Of a DNA stretch of 64,000 bases, positions 1-9,995 are shown in pieces. Positions within the stretch are counted from its first letter, which is position 1, and the number at the start of each line of letters is the position of its first letter. Under the pieces are notes generated by a model. The model saw only the letters and a list, made by a program, of their open reading frames with translations, was not told where the DNA came from and searched no databases. Location: contig JAJDCP010000113.1 in NCBI GenBank assembly GCA_029260765.1, positions 3,164 to 67,163 of the forward strand, read 5' to 3'. The position numbers and the translations under genes were made by a program. This DNA comes from Planctomycetota bacterium (lineage in GTDB: Bacteria; Planctomycetota; J058; JAJDCP01).

Positions 1-1
1 G

Positions 2-835
2 ATCTGGCAGTCGACCTGCACTGCTCTGCGTCAGGGCACCGAGCCGGGTTGGGAGGATGTCTGGGACTACCGGACGCCTCTACAGCTGCTGCTGGCGTCG
101 CGCTATCCCGGAGTCGCGCCGGCGGAGCGGGAAGACCTGGTGGCCGAGATCCTCCTGGACCTCAAACAACGTCTGTTCCATCGCTACCTGCCCGACCGCG
201 GTCCGTTCCGCGCCTTCCTTTGTGGCGTGGTCAGACATCGCGTGCTGTCGAGTTGGAAACGACGCCGCAAGCAGCTTCCCCTTGAACGCGCTCCTGAACC
301 GAGCTTTGAGCCCGAGGAAGAGGGGCTGGCCATCGATCTGGTGGCCGAGGTGCTCGGCGCGACACGACGCTGGGCGGGCCGCCAGGACCCGAGCGGCCAC
401 GCCCGACAGGTTTTCGCAGAGCGGCTGCTCGGACGCCACAGCTATCCCGCCATCGCCAAGCGCTTGGGGGTGGCCGAGATCTCGGCCAAGCGTTGGGTGC
501 GTGGCGCGCGGCTCGAGATCGTGGCGGATGTGCTCGAGCGCACTTTTCCTCAGACAGTCGCTGGCGTCGACTGGCAACGCCTGAGCGCCCGAGTGTTCGA
601 GGCCTGCTCCCGCCCCAGGGCTCGAGCGGCTAGCCTGGCGTCCATCGCCGACCCTTCCCTGCGGCAGGCGCTCGAGGTCTGGCTCGACGGGCTACAGCTC
701 ATGCTCGAGCGGCTTCCCGGGCGCGAGACGGCCCAAGGTCTGGACCTCTTCCAGGGGCTGACCTGCATCTTTGCCGGCGGCAGCCCGGGTCCCGAGGAAC
801 CACTTGCGGCCGCGTCTGCTTCCCCCGAGCATTGA
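2..835 (+). CDS. ECF-type sigma-70 family RNA polymerase sigma factor, 5' end outside the window, with a roughly 90-aa C-terminal extension
   Basis: The frame is open from base 2, upstream of the listed GTG at 140. It has a region-2-like AEREDLVAEILLDL..FRAFLCGVVRHRVLS and a region-4 HTH SYPAIAKRLGVAEISAKRWVRGARLEI. Stop at 833-835. Confidence 0.7.
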   Translation: MWQSTCTALRQGTEPGWEDVWDYRTPLQLLLASRYPGVAPAEREDLVAEILLDLKQRLFHRYLPDRGPFRAFLCGVVRHRVLSSWKRRRKQLPLERAPEPSFEPEEEGLAIDLVAEVLGATRRWAGRQDPSGHARQVFAERLLGRHSYPAIAKRLGVAEISAKRWVRGARLEIVADVLERTFPQTVAGVDWQRLSARVFEACSRPRARAASLASIADPSLRQALEVWLDGLQLMLERLPGRETAQGLDLFQGLTCIFAGGSPGPEEPLAAASASPEH

Positions 836-843
836 GCCATGGC

Positions 844-1467
844 TCAGCCTTCGACCTCGGGTTGCGGCGGCTGGTCTGCCTCAATGGTTGGAGGCTCGTC
901 GTTCGTTTCAACGGGGGCCGGCGCGACCATCTCTTCGATGGGGACACTCGGTTGTGGGCCGCGGCGGAAGATCCCGAGCAACAGCGGAAGTGCCAGATGC
1001 CCGGCCATCACGAGCAGCACGACATTCAGAGAGGTGTCGACCAATTGCTCGGGACTGCCCCGGGCGATACGTAGACTGCCGATGGCCACCGTGTCATGGG
1101 GCTGCAGATAGAGCCACAGCCAGAAGGCCACGAAGGCGACGATCAGCAACGCCAACCCCCACAAGATCTTCTTGAGCAGCTGTGCGAAATCGGAAGGACG
1201 GCGTCTACGGCGCTTTTTCTTGCGGAACAGGCGTCGGATCAGCAGGCCGAGGCCGAGGAACAGCAGAATACCACCCACATCCCCTGCCAACAGCAGCTGC
1301 AACGGCACCTCCTGTTCCCCGAGCCAGGTCCGCAGCGCGAGGATCGGCTGATCGAGCTCGGGCACCTCGGCTGTGGCGTCGGAGACCGCATCATAGCGTT
1401 CGTGTAGATAGAGGAAGGTCGCAGTCAGGTTGAAGAGAAACAGCAAGAGGAAGAATAGACGCCGCAT
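844..1467 (-). CDS. Hypothetical multi-pass membrane protein
   Basis: ORF 844..1530. I prefer the internal ATG at 1467 (MRRLFFLLLFLF...), which has GGAG 6 nt upstream. It has several hydrophobic segments and an RKKKRRRRR loop. Confidence 0.5.
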   Translation of the reverse strand: MRRLFFLLLFLFNLTATFLYLHERYDAVSDATAEVPELDQPILALRTWLGEQEVPLQLLLAGDVGGILLFLGLGLLIRRLFRKKKRRRRRPSDFAQLLKKILWGLALLIVAFVAFWLWLYLQPHDTVAIGSLRIARGSPEQLVDTSLNVVLLVMAGHLALPLLLGIFRRGPQPSVPIEEMVAPAPVETNDEPPTIEADQPPQPEVEG

Positions 1468-1715
1468 AGCGAGCTCCGAGACCGGGGATACGCCGCATTC
1501 TCCCGGATGGTCCCGCCCGTTGCCAGCCATGTCTGCGTCCCCTAGCCTGCTTTCTGGGCCTGCGCAGCTCCAGAGCGGGCCTGCCCGTAGTGTTCGCAGT
1601 GCAACCGTCGGCTTGCTACAATCGCCGCGTAGTGCGGCCCGGATCAGGGGTGGTCTTCGCGCGCATCGCCCCTGTCGGGGTGGATGCGGGGCCGCACAAT
1701 TCCAGGAGAGACACC

Positions 1716-4199
1716 ATGATTGCTCGTCCGCGACCAGTTGTACTGGTCCTGCTGTGTGGAATGCTCGGCGCCGCCCTGGCGCAAGACGTGCGTTTCGAAG
1801 ACGTCGTCGGCGACGCGCTGGCCTATCTGGTCGTGCCCGATTGGCAGGCAGCCAACGAGGCCTTCACAAGCTCGGATCTCGGGTCGATGGTCGAGGACGA
1901 GGAGGTCAAAGCCTTCCTCGAGAGCCTGCAGCAAGGCAGTGAGGGCATGTTTGAAGAGCTGGGCGCACGTTTCGAAGAAGAGATGGGCCTGCCCCTCGAA
2001 GATGCGATGAACCTGGTCGTTGAAGAGGCCGGCATCGCCCTGCTTGAGATCGACCGTGAAGCGCTGCAGCTGGAGTCGCAGCAGATGCAGGCGCTGTCGA
2101 TGGTCCACCAGCTCGAGAACGCCGCCTACTACTTCAGCGTGGATCTCGAACGTCAACCCACGTCCATCGACGAGCTGGTCGAGAATCCGGGCGACGACCG
2201 CTGGTACGGGCCGTACATGTGGACCGAGTCGCCCGAAGATCTGATCGACCCCTGGGGCCGCAAGTACGTGATGACCGTCGCCGAAGACGGCGTGGCCAGC
2301 TTCCGCACGCGTGGCTCGGATGGCGAGCCCGGCGGCGAAGGGGCCGCAGCCGACATCACCACCAATTGGGAACGCGCAGCGTCGTCGGCGTCTCCGGTGC
2401 GCTTCCTCGCCTCGCTGCGTTTCCACGAAGGCAGCGGGCCGGTCGTCGAGAAGATGCTCGCCAAGTTTCTCGAGAGCCTGCCCGAAGAGCGGCGCTCCAC
2501 CTTCGGAGAAGACTCCGAGCGCCCCTTCAAGGGCTGGAAGATCGAGGGCACGCCCGCGTTGATGCTCGGCCTGCGCGGTGCACACTGCGTGCTGGCCAGC
2601 GATGAGCAGAGCTTCGAGCGGGCCCTGTCCCTGCTCGACGGAATGCCTACACCGGTCCCCGATCCCGCGCGTGCTGCGTTGATGGGAAAATGCCAGATCG
2701 AAGCCCCTGTTGTCCGGGGTTTCGCCCATATCTCCAGCCTGCTCGCGAGCATTCCCGAGCTGCCTGGCGAAGTCGATGCCGCCTTGGAGAGCTCAGGCCT
2801 GCGTGGCTTGCGCGGGGCCGCCTTCCAGTTCGGAGCCGTCGATGGCCAGGCTACCGGCCGCTTTGTGATGGATGCCGACGAACAGCTGAGCGGCCTGTTC
2901 TCGCTGTTTGCGGGCACGCCTGCCCAGACTCCAGCTGCTTTCGCCACGCATATTCCCAGCGACGCCAACGGCTACGGCGCGGCCCAATTCGACCTGGGCA
3001 GCCTCTGGCAGAAGATCTTCGACATCGTCCGTGCCAGCCTGAACGAAGAGCAGTATGCCGAAGTGGAAAAGATGATCACCGAAGCCGAGAGCTTTCTCGG
3101 CTTTGATCTCGAGGCGGACCTGTTCGGCGCACTCGGTGGCTCTAGCTACGGCTACTCGCGCATGCCCCAGGGAGGCAGCCTGCTGCCGTCGAGCGTGATG
3201 GCGCTGCAGCTCAAGGACGCAGAAGCTCTCGAACGGGTCTTGAGCGGACTCGCCAACGCGAAGCTGCTCGAGGTTTCCGAGCGCAGCTACCGGGGCCAAC
3301 GTCTGCGGGTGGTGGCGGCCAGTGTCGGAACCATCGGCGAGAATCCCTTCGAGCGCGGCCCGCGCGAGATCGGGGAGGCATTGATGATGGCGACGACCAT
3401 GCTCTCGGGCTTCGCTTTCACGGTCGATGACGCGGGTTGGATGTGGTGCTCAGCGAGGGCACAAGACCTGAAAGATCACCTCGATTGGCAGCTCGACGGC
3501 GGCAGCCGGCTCGCGGACAACCCGCAGTTCCAGGCAGTGGCGGCAGCTCCCTCCACCGACGCAGGCTTCTTCTCGTACAGCGATGGGCGCCCCGGATTTT
3601 TGATCTGGTACAACAGCTTCATGCCGATGCTGCAGTTCGCCGAGGGCTTTGCCCGCCGGTTCGGGATGCCTATGGACATGTCCCTGGCGCCCCGCGGGCA
3701 CATCCTCGCCAAGTACATGCAGCCCGCCGTCAGCACGCTGCATTGCGATGGCAAGAGCATGGTCGTCGAGATGCGCATGAGCAGCGCCGGCGTCGGCATC
3801 ATGCCTGCCGCGGCAGCGATCGGGGTGGTCGCGGCCATCGCGATCCCCAACCTGTTGTCGGCCCGCGGCGGAGCCGAAGAGGCCAGCGCGATCTCTTCGT
3901 TGCGCACGCTCGTTACGGCCAACGCGATGTTCTTTGAGGGCGACCACGACGGAGACGGCGCGTACGACTACGCGCAGAGCCTTTTCGAGCTGGCGGAAGT
4001 CGAGCTGATCGACGAAGGCCTCGGCAGCGGTATGCGCGCCGGCTACTACTTCGAGTATGGGATCTCCGAGGACGGCATGAGCTGGTGGTGCTCTGCCTGG
4101 CCTGACAATGGCGAGCGCTTCCTTTACGTCGATCAGACCGGCGTCATCCGGGAAGAATTCGGCCAGCCCGCGGACGAGAACAGTCCGCCCATCGAGTGA
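1716..4199 (+). CDS. Secreted 828-aa protein with a GspG-like pseudopilin globular domain near the N-terminus and an internal pilin-type hydrophobic helix plus pilin-like domain at the C-terminus
   Basis: ATG at 1716 follows GGAGAG. Signal-like MIARPRPVVLVLLCGMLGAALAQ. T2SS-G-like motif WYGPYMW..DLIDPWGRKYV..FRTRGSDGEPGGEGAAADI. C-terminal AAIGVVAAIAIPNLLSARGGAEEASAISSLRTLVTANAMFF followed by GYYFEY...FLYVDQTGVI. Confidence 0.75.
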   Translation: MIARPRPVVLVLLCGMLGAALAQDVRFEDVVGDALAYLVVPDWQAANEAFTSSDLGSMVEDEEVKAFLESLQQGSEGMFEELGARFEEEMGLPLEDAMNLVVEEAGIALLEIDREALQLESQQMQALSMVHQLENAAYYFSVDLERQPTSIDELVENPGDDRWYGPYMWTESPEDLIDPWGRKYVMTVAEDGVASFRTRGSDGEPGGEGAAADITTNWERAASSASPVRFLASLRFHEGSGPVVEKMLAKFLESLPEERRSTFGEDSERPFKGWKIEGTPALMLGLRGAHCVLASDEQSFERALSLLDGMPTPVPDPARAALMGKCQIEAPVVRGFAHISSLLASIPELPGEVDAALESSGLRGLRGAAFQFGAVDGQATGRFVMDADEQLSGLFSLFAGTPAQTPAAFATHIPSDANGYGAAQFDLGSLWQKIFDIVRASLNEEQYAEVEKMITEAESFLGFDLEADLFGALGGSSYGYSRMPQGGSLLPSSVMALQLKDAEALERVLSGLANAKLLEVSERSYRGQRLRVVAASVGTIGENPFERGPREIGEALMMATTMLSGFAFTVDDAGWMWCSARAQDLKDHLDWQLDGGSRLADNPQFQAVAAAPSTDAGFFSYSDGRPGFLIWYNSFMPMLQFAEGFARRFGMPMDMSLAPRGHILAKYMQPAVSTLHCDGKSMVVEMRMSSAGVGIMPAAAAIGVVAAIAIPNLLSARGGAEEASAISSLRTLVTANAMFFEGDHDGDGAYDYAQSLFELAEVELIDEGLGSGMRAGYYFEYGISEDGMSWWCSAWPDNGERFLYVDQTGVIREEFGQPADENSPPIE

Positions 4200-4315
4200 T
4201 GGACGGACCTGTAGCGCTGGCGCTGACCCCCTGGCTCGTCGGTTGCTCGTCGATCCTCGACCGGCCCGGCGAGGATTCCCTCATCGAAGCGGTCAAGGCC
4301 GCAGTCTGCTGAGGC

Positions 4316-6478
4316 TCACTCCACCACTTCGTAGAAGCTGCCCGCATGCTCGAACAGCACGCGGTCCATGGCCAGATAGGGCACAGCGGCCTGGTTTTCC
4401 GCCAGGAACACAAAGTAGGCCTCGCTACCTTTCTTGAGCTGCACCACCGACTCTTCGTCTTCGCCTTCGAAACGGCTGTCCACCCAGCGGCCCGCTTGCT
4501 GATAGAAGGTGCGGCTGCCGACCAGACGCAGGCGATCGAGCACCGAGCCGGTGTACCCCAACGCCTCGAGCTCGGCCTGCGCACGTGAGTAGAATGCGCC
4601 GCCGTCCTCACGATCGTGTGCTTCGGCCAGGCGCCTTGATTGCCCAAAGGCCTTGCCGAGGGCCTGCGGATCAGGACTCGCCGCGCCCAGTGCGTCACGT
4701 TCCCTGAGCAGATTCAAGCTCAGCCCGGCCGTGAGCCTGGCGACGGTGCCATCGCCGAACAGCATCGTGTCGGGATTCGCCAGAAAGGCAGTGTAGGGCG
4801 TGACGATGCCGTGCAGTTTGGCCAGCCGCACGATCTCATTGACCAGCTCGCTGTCCTCGCCGTTCTGGCGCACCTGCCCGAGCAGGAACTCGACCTTGCG
4901 GCCGGCCCACAGCCGGGGCACGAAGTCATGCTTGCCCGGGGTGTCGGGGAAGACCGCCGTGTACTCGAAGCGACGCTCCTGGCCATTGACCTGGCCCTTG
5001 AGGGTGATCGTCGCCTCGCCACTGCCCGCATAGCGCCCGAAGATCATGATCTGCTCACCCTTGAACAGGTCGCGCAATACGCGCGGATAGACCTCGGACA
5101 CCTCGACGCCATCGACCTCGACCTCGAGGTCTGTCAGCAAGGGAGAGCCGACCTTGTCGAAGTAGCGGGCGATCTTGGTGGCGATATCTTCGCTCGGCAG
5201 GATGTAGTCGACATCGCCCTGATTCTCATAGGCGAGCAGGTCGAGCATGCGGGCGTTGACCTGCAGGCCCTCACCGAAAGTGAAGATGCGCGCTTCGCTG
5301 CGGTTGGCTTTGCGGACGGCGGCCAGAATCGCGTCTCCCTGCTGTTCACCGATGGTTGGCAGGCCGTCGGTGGCGAAGAAGACCATCTTCAGCCGCTCAT
5401 CGTCTTCGAACTGTCCGAGCGACAGCTGCAACGACTCGAGGATGGCCGTGCCACCCCGGGCACGGAGCTTGTCGATGTAGCGCAGGGCCCGTTCACGGCT
5501 CTCGTCGTCGACCTCGAGCAGCCCCTCACGAGCCAGAATGCGTGCCTCGGTGGAGAAGCTGACGATGTTGAAGCGGTCGCCTGGACGCAGCGCGCGGACA
5601 CAGTGGCGCAACGCCGCCTGTGCTTGTTCCATCTTGCCGTCTTTGAGCATCGAGCCCGAGGTGTCGACGCAGAACACGATGTCCTTGGCAGCCACCTCGC
5701 TCTCGTCCCCGAGCCGCGGTGCCAGCATCATCATGAAGTGGCCGTCTTCGCCGGGTTCGTTGTGGGTCAGCACGTTCAGGCCGACCGGATTCGGATCGGT
5801 CGCATAGTAGAACACGAACGCGTTCTCGGGCATGTAGTTGTCCTGCGACCAGGTCACATGGATGCCATCGGCTTCGCTCAGCTCTTCCACCTCTATGTTG
5901 TGGGTGGGCGAATAGACATTGGTGACCGCGTCGCTGGAGCGGATGGTGATGTCGATGCTGGCGTGCTCGAGCATCTGCATCGCCATCTTCGGGTTGGTGT
6001 TCAGCATCCGCAGTCGGTAGACCCCGTCGTTGCCGCGCAAGGGTTGCGTGTACTGCAGGCGGACGATCACCGTGCCCCCGGCGGGCACATTCGGCACGTT
6101 GGTGCGGATCAGCTGGTTGCCGTAGTACTCCAGCAGCGCTGGAGAGCCACCATTCTTGATGATCTCCTGGAAGACCTGATTGGCCTTTTCGACATCGAGC
6201 AGCTCGGCCTCGACGACCTCGCCGTTGACGACCATTGCCATGTTGTCGATCTGGGCGCCCGGCTCGACCTCCATGTAACAGACCCCGCCGACGATGGCCC
6301 CGCCGTTGGGGTTGCGGAAGTGGCATTCGTAGTTCTTGATCGCGATCCCGTCGACGATCTCGACCTCGATGCGGTCCAGGGTGACCTGGACGGGCAGGGG
6401 GGCCTGCATGAAACAAGCCCAGAGGGGCTGGGGGAGCAGCAGACAGATCAGGCCTGCCAGCGTAGACAATCGCACCAT
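4316..6478 (-). CDS. VIT domain plus von Willebrand factor type A domain secreted protein
   Basis: Start chosen at MVRLSTLAGLICLLLPQPLWA (AGGAGA upstream). VIT-like N-terminal region. vWA MIDAS motif VFCVDTSGSM and ...FFATDGLPT. Confidence 0.85.
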   Translation of the reverse strand: MVRLSTLAGLICLLLPQPLWACFMQAPLPVQVTLDRIEVEIVDGIAIKNYECHFRNPNGGAIVGGVCYMEVEPGAQIDNMAMVVNGEVVEAELLDVEKANQVFQEIIKNGGSPALLEYYGNQLIRTNVPNVPAGGTVIVRLQYTQPLRGNDGVYRLRMLNTNPKMAMQMLEHASIDITIRSSDAVTNVYSPTHNIEVEELSEADGIHVTWSQDNYMPENAFVFYYATDPNPVGLNVLTHNEPGEDGHFMMMLAPRLGDESEVAAKDIVFCVDTSGSMLKDGKMEQAQAALRHCVRALRPGDRFNIVSFSTEARILAREGLLEVDDESRERALRYIDKLRARGGTAILESLQLSLGQFEDDERLKMVFFATDGLPTIGEQQGDAILAAVRKANRSEARIFTFGEGLQVNARMLDLLAYENQGDVDYILPSEDIATKIARYFDKVGSPLLTDLEVEVDGVEVSEVYPRVLRDLFKGEQIMIFGRYAGSGEATITLKGQVNGQERRFEYTAVFPDTPGKHDFVPRLWAGRKVEFLLGQVRQNGEDSELVNEIVRLAKLHGIVTPYTAFLANPDTMLFGDGTVARLTAGLSLNLLRERDALGAASPDPQALGKAFGQSRRLAEAHDREDGGAFYSRAQAELEALGYTGSVLDRLRLVGSRTFYQQAGRWVDSRFEGEDEESVVQLKKGSEAYFVFLAENQAAVPYLAMDRVLFEHAGSFYEVVE

Positions 6479-6687
6479 GGTGTTCTCCTGTTTGCAGGGG
6501 TCTTGGGGGCCTGCATACCCTTGAGACTCCCTGAGGGTGCTGAGTGTTTCGTGCGATCCAAAAAGACCACTCTTGAGGGCTGTTTCCGGGTGGGCTCCGC
6601 CCAATCCTACCTGTTTGCGAGCCTTGACTTTCCGTCGGGAATCTGGCTGCATCAGGGAGTTCCCGGCCACCACCCTGCGAGGAATAC

Positions 6688-8781
6688 ATGACCCGCACCC
6701 TGCTCGTCCTCTCCCCCGAATCCAATTCCCTGACATTGCTGTGTCTGGGCCTGTTGCAGGCGCTCGACCAGCGGGGCATCCGGGTGGGCTTCTTCAAGCC
6801 CATCGCCCAGCGAGAGCCCGAGTTCGACGGCAGCCGCGACCGCACCCTGGCCCTGGTCTCCGCGTTGTTCCAAGAGGCGTCGCCGGCCACCTGCTGCCTG
6901 GATTTCGAGCAGGCCGAAGACCTGGCATCCAGTGGCCAGCAAGAACGCCTCGAGAGCATGGTGCTGGCCGGCTTCGAGATGGCTGCACAAGGAGCCGACC
7001 TGCTGATCGTCGAGGGTGTGCAGTACCATGAGGCCTGTGACAGCTCGGTGGCCGCCGAGCTCAACCTCACCCTCGCGCGCTGTCTCGATCCCCTGCTCGC
7101 TGTGCTTGTCAACGCCCACGACCGGCCGGACGAAGACGTCCTCGAGATGGTCGACGCCTACTGCAAGCCCTATGAACGTTCTGGTCTGGAGATCTTTGGC
7201 GCCTTCTTGAACTGCGTGCCTGCCGCGCGCAAGTTCGGTGAGAAGTTGGGAAGGTTCTTGCTGCTCGGCTGCTTTCCCTTCGAAACCCGGCTGACGGAGG
7301 CGCGCGTGCTCGATGTGGTGCGGCACCTCGATGCAAAGGTGCTGCACGGAGAGGCGGGCCTGCGGCGACGCCTGGCGAACGTGCAGGTGGCCGCGATGAC
7401 CGTCGGCAACGCACTGCCCAGGCTGCGCGACCGCGCGCTGGTGGTGACCGCGGGCGATCGTGATGATATTGTGCTGGGCGCCTGTTGCCGGAACCTTGCC
7501 CGGGACACCGGACCGCTGGCAGGTGTGGCCCTGACCGGGGGCCTGCTGCCCAGTGAAGGCACGCTCGCGCTGGTGAAAAACCTGGGCGTGGCTGATTTCC
7601 CCATCTTCAGCATTGCCCAGGACACCTTCGAGACCGTCGAGCTGTTGCGGAATTTCCGGCCCCGCATCGAGGTCGATGACCTGGAGATGGCGACGCTGGC
7701 GATGGAGGTGGTGGGACGTGGCCTGCGGCTCGATCGCTTGATCGAGGCGATGAACGCTCCGGTGGAAGCGCGGGTCTCGCCGGCGGCCTTCCGCTATCGG
7801 CTGGTGTCGACCGCGCGGCAGGTGCGGCGTACCATCGTCTTGCCCGAGGGGGACGAGCCGCGCACCTTGCAGGCCGCCCACCGGATTCTGGCTCAGGGGA
7901 TGGCGGGCTTGATCCTGCTGGGCGATCCCGAGGCCATCCGCGCCGAAGCCGCCAGGGTGATGGCGGACATCTCCCAGGCCGAGATCATCGACCCCGAGAC
8001 CACCCCGCTGCGGGAAACCCTGGCCGAAGAGCTCGCGCGGATCCGGGCACACAAAGGTCTGACCGTGGAACATGCCCGCGACATGCTGCTCGACCCGATC
8101 TATCTCGGCACGATGATGGTGCAGTGTGGGCAGGCCGATGGGCTGGTATCGGGGGCCATCCACACAACGGCCCACACGATCCGGCCGGCGTTCCAGATCA
8201 TCCGCAGCAAGGCGGAGTTCTCGATTGTCTCGAGCGTGTTTTTCATGTGCCTGGACGACCGCGTTCTGGTCTATGGAGACTGCGCGGTCAATCCCGACCC
8301 GAGCGCCGAGCAGCTGGCCGAGATCGCCGTGCAGAGCGCCCAGACCGCACGGGCCTTCGGCATCGAGCCCGTGGTCGCGATGCTCTCCTACTCGACGGGC
8401 AGCTCGGGGCATGGTGCAGAGGTAGAAAAGGTGAGGAAGGCGACAGCTCTGGCGCGCGCGCGGGCTCCCGACATCCCCATCGACGGGCCGCTGCAGTACG
8501 ACGCTGCCGCTGTCACCGAAGTGGCGGCCCAGAAGGCACCGGACAGCAAAGTGGCGGGCAAGGCGAACGTGCTGATCTTCCCGGACCTGAACACGGGCAA
8601 CACGACCTACAAGGCCGTCCAGCGAAGCGCTTCGGCTGTGGCGATCGGACCGGTCTTGCAGGGCTTGAACAAGCCGGTCAATGACTTGAGCCGGGGCGCC
8701 CTGGTCGATGATATCGTCTACACCATCGTGATCACCGCCATCCAGGCCGCCGCCGAGCAGGCAGCACGGGGCCGGGCATGA
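6688..8781 (+). CDS. pta: Phosphate acetyltransferase, long form with N-terminal DRTGG/P-loop-like domain
   Basis: 697 aa. The N-terminus LLVLSPESNSLTLLCLGLLQALDQRGIRVGFFKPI and the C-terminal PTA_PTB region (DGLVSGAIHTTAHTIRPA, YSTGSSG, NTGNTTYKAVQR) are typical of Pta. Confidence 0.93.
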   Translation: MTRTLLVLSPESNSLTLLCLGLLQALDQRGIRVGFFKPIAQREPEFDGSRDRTLALVSALFQEASPATCCLDFEQAEDLASSGQQERLESMVLAGFEMAAQGADLLIVEGVQYHEACDSSVAAELNLTLARCLDPLLAVLVNAHDRPDEDVLEMVDAYCKPYERSGLEIFGAFLNCVPAARKFGEKLGRFLLLGCFPFETRLTEARVLDVVRHLDAKVLHGEAGLRRRLANVQVAAMTVGNALPRLRDRALVVTAGDRDDIVLGACCRNLARDTGPLAGVALTGGLLPSEGTLALVKNLGVADFPIFSIAQDTFETVELLRNFRPRIEVDDLEMATLAMEVVGRGLRLDRLIEAMNAPVEARVSPAAFRYRLVSTARQVRRTIVLPEGDEPRTLQAAHRILAQGMAGLILLGDPEAIRAEAARVMADISQAEIIDPETTPLRETLAEELARIRAHKGLTVEHARDMLLDPIYLGTMMVQCGQADGLVSGAIHTTAHTIRPAFQIIRSKAEFSIVSSVFFMCLDDRVLVYGDCAVNPDPSAEQLAEIAVQSAQTARAFGIEPVVAMLSYSTGSSGHGAEVEKVRKATALARARAPDIPIDGPLQYDAAAVTEVAAQKAPDSKVAGKANVLIFPDLNTGNTTYKAVQRSASAVAIGPVLQGLNKPVNDLSRGALVDDIVYTIVITAIQAAAEQAARGRA

Positions 8782-9995
8782 GCCACCAAGGGGTCTTGGT
8801 GCTCAACGCGGGCAGCTCGTCGCTCAAACTGCAGCTGTTTGCGATGCCGGCTGAGCAGCGCCTGGCGAAGGGTCTGTTCGAGCGGCTGGGAGAAGAGGGG
8901 GCGCGTTTTGAGCTCAGCGCTGGTCAACAGAAGTGGGGGGACACGAGGCCTCTGCCTGATGTGGCTGCGGCGCTGAGTCTGGCGCTCGCAGAGCTGCGCG
9001 GCAGAGGGCTGCTCGAAGGATGGACACTCAGCACGGTCGGGCATCGGGTCGTGCACGGCGGAGAGCGCTTCACCGCGCCTGCCGCGGTGGACGAAGAGGT
9101 GCGGGCAGCCATCGCTGAGCATGCCCGTCTGGCCCCCCTGCACAATCCGGCCAACCTCGAGGGCATCGAGCAGGCTCAGCGCGTCTTTCCCGACGCGTTG
9201 CACGTGGCGGTCTTTGACACAGCCTTCCATCAGACCATGCCGGAGCGGGCCTACCTGTACGGGCTGCCCTGGCGGGCGTACGCCAAGCACGGGATCCGGC
9301 GCTACGGCTTCCACGGGACCAGCCACGCCTACGTCAGCGCTCGGGCTGCGGTCCTGCTCGGCAGGCCGCTGGCTGCCTTGAAGTTGGTCAGCTTGCACCT
9401 GGGCAATGGCTGCTCGGCCGCCGCCATCGACGGGGGACGCTCGGTCGACACCAGTCTGGGCCTGACACCGCTGGAAGGCCTGGTGATGGGGACCCGGGTC
9501 GGTGATGTCGACCCGGGAGCGTTGTGTTCGCTGGCGCGGGCCGAGGGCCTGGGGCTGGACGCCCTGGAGCAGCTGCTCAACCGCGAGAGTGGGCTCTTGG
9601 GGCTGTCGGGAATCAGCAAGGATGTGCGCGATCTCGAGGCCCGCGCACAAGCCGGAGATGCGGCAGCCACGCGGGCATTGGTGGTCTTCGCCCATCGCGC
9701 GCGCCGCTATGTGGGTGCGTTCATAGCCGTTCTGGGCGGTGTGGATGCCATCGTGTTGACCGGCGGCATCGGGGAGCACGCCTCGCGTATGCGTGAGAGG
9801 ATCCTGGCGGGGCTCGAGCGTCTGGGAATCGTGCTCGATCGAGACCGGAACGCGCTGCTGGGCTCGGAGCTCGACGAGGGAGACATCGCGGCCCCGGGGT
9901 CGGCGGTGCGGCTGCTGGTGATCCCCACAGACGAAGAGCGGCGCATCGCTCAGGAATCCTGGCGGCTGCGCACAGAGCTCGGCAGCTCTGCGTAG
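8778..9995 (+). CDS. ackA: Acetate kinase
   Basis: VLVLNAGSSSLKLQLF, GHRVVHGG, FDTAFHQTMP, YGFHGTSH, LGNGCS, GGIGEH. Its start overlaps the pta stop (ATGA). Confidence 0.95.
   Translation: MSHQGVLVLNAGSSSLKLQLFAMPAEQRLAKGLFERLGEEGARFELSAGQQKWGDTRPLPDVAAALSLALAELRGRGLLEGWTLSTVGHRVVHGGERFTAPAAVDEEVRAAIAEHARLAPLHNPANLEGIEQAQRVFPDALHVAVFDTAFHQTMPERAYLYGLPWRAYAKHGIRRYGFHGTSHAYVSARAAVLLGRPLAALKLVSLHLGNGCSAAAIDGGRSVDTSLGLTPLEGLVMGTRVGDVDPGALCSLARAEGLGLDALEQLLNRESGLLGLSGISKDVRDLEARAQAGDAAATRALVVFAHRARRYVGAFIAVLGGVDAIVLTGGIGEHASRMRERILAGLERLGIVLDRDRNALLGSELDEGDIAAPGSAVRLLVIPTDEERRIAQESWRLRTELGSSA

Noticed and set aside
1644-2729. Long antisense or alternative-frame ORFs throughout the window (for example 1644..2729 -, 4640..6691 +, 6652..8412 -, 8718..10559 -, 21131..22207 +, 23727..25694 -, 25642..27045 -, 45027..46811 -, 49238..50998 -, 60985..62373 -)
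   Set aside because: They overlap genes with clear family motifs on the other strand or frame. They translate to Arg/Ala/Gly/Pro-rich low-complexity sequence and are the expected stop-poor shadow frames of a high-GC genome.
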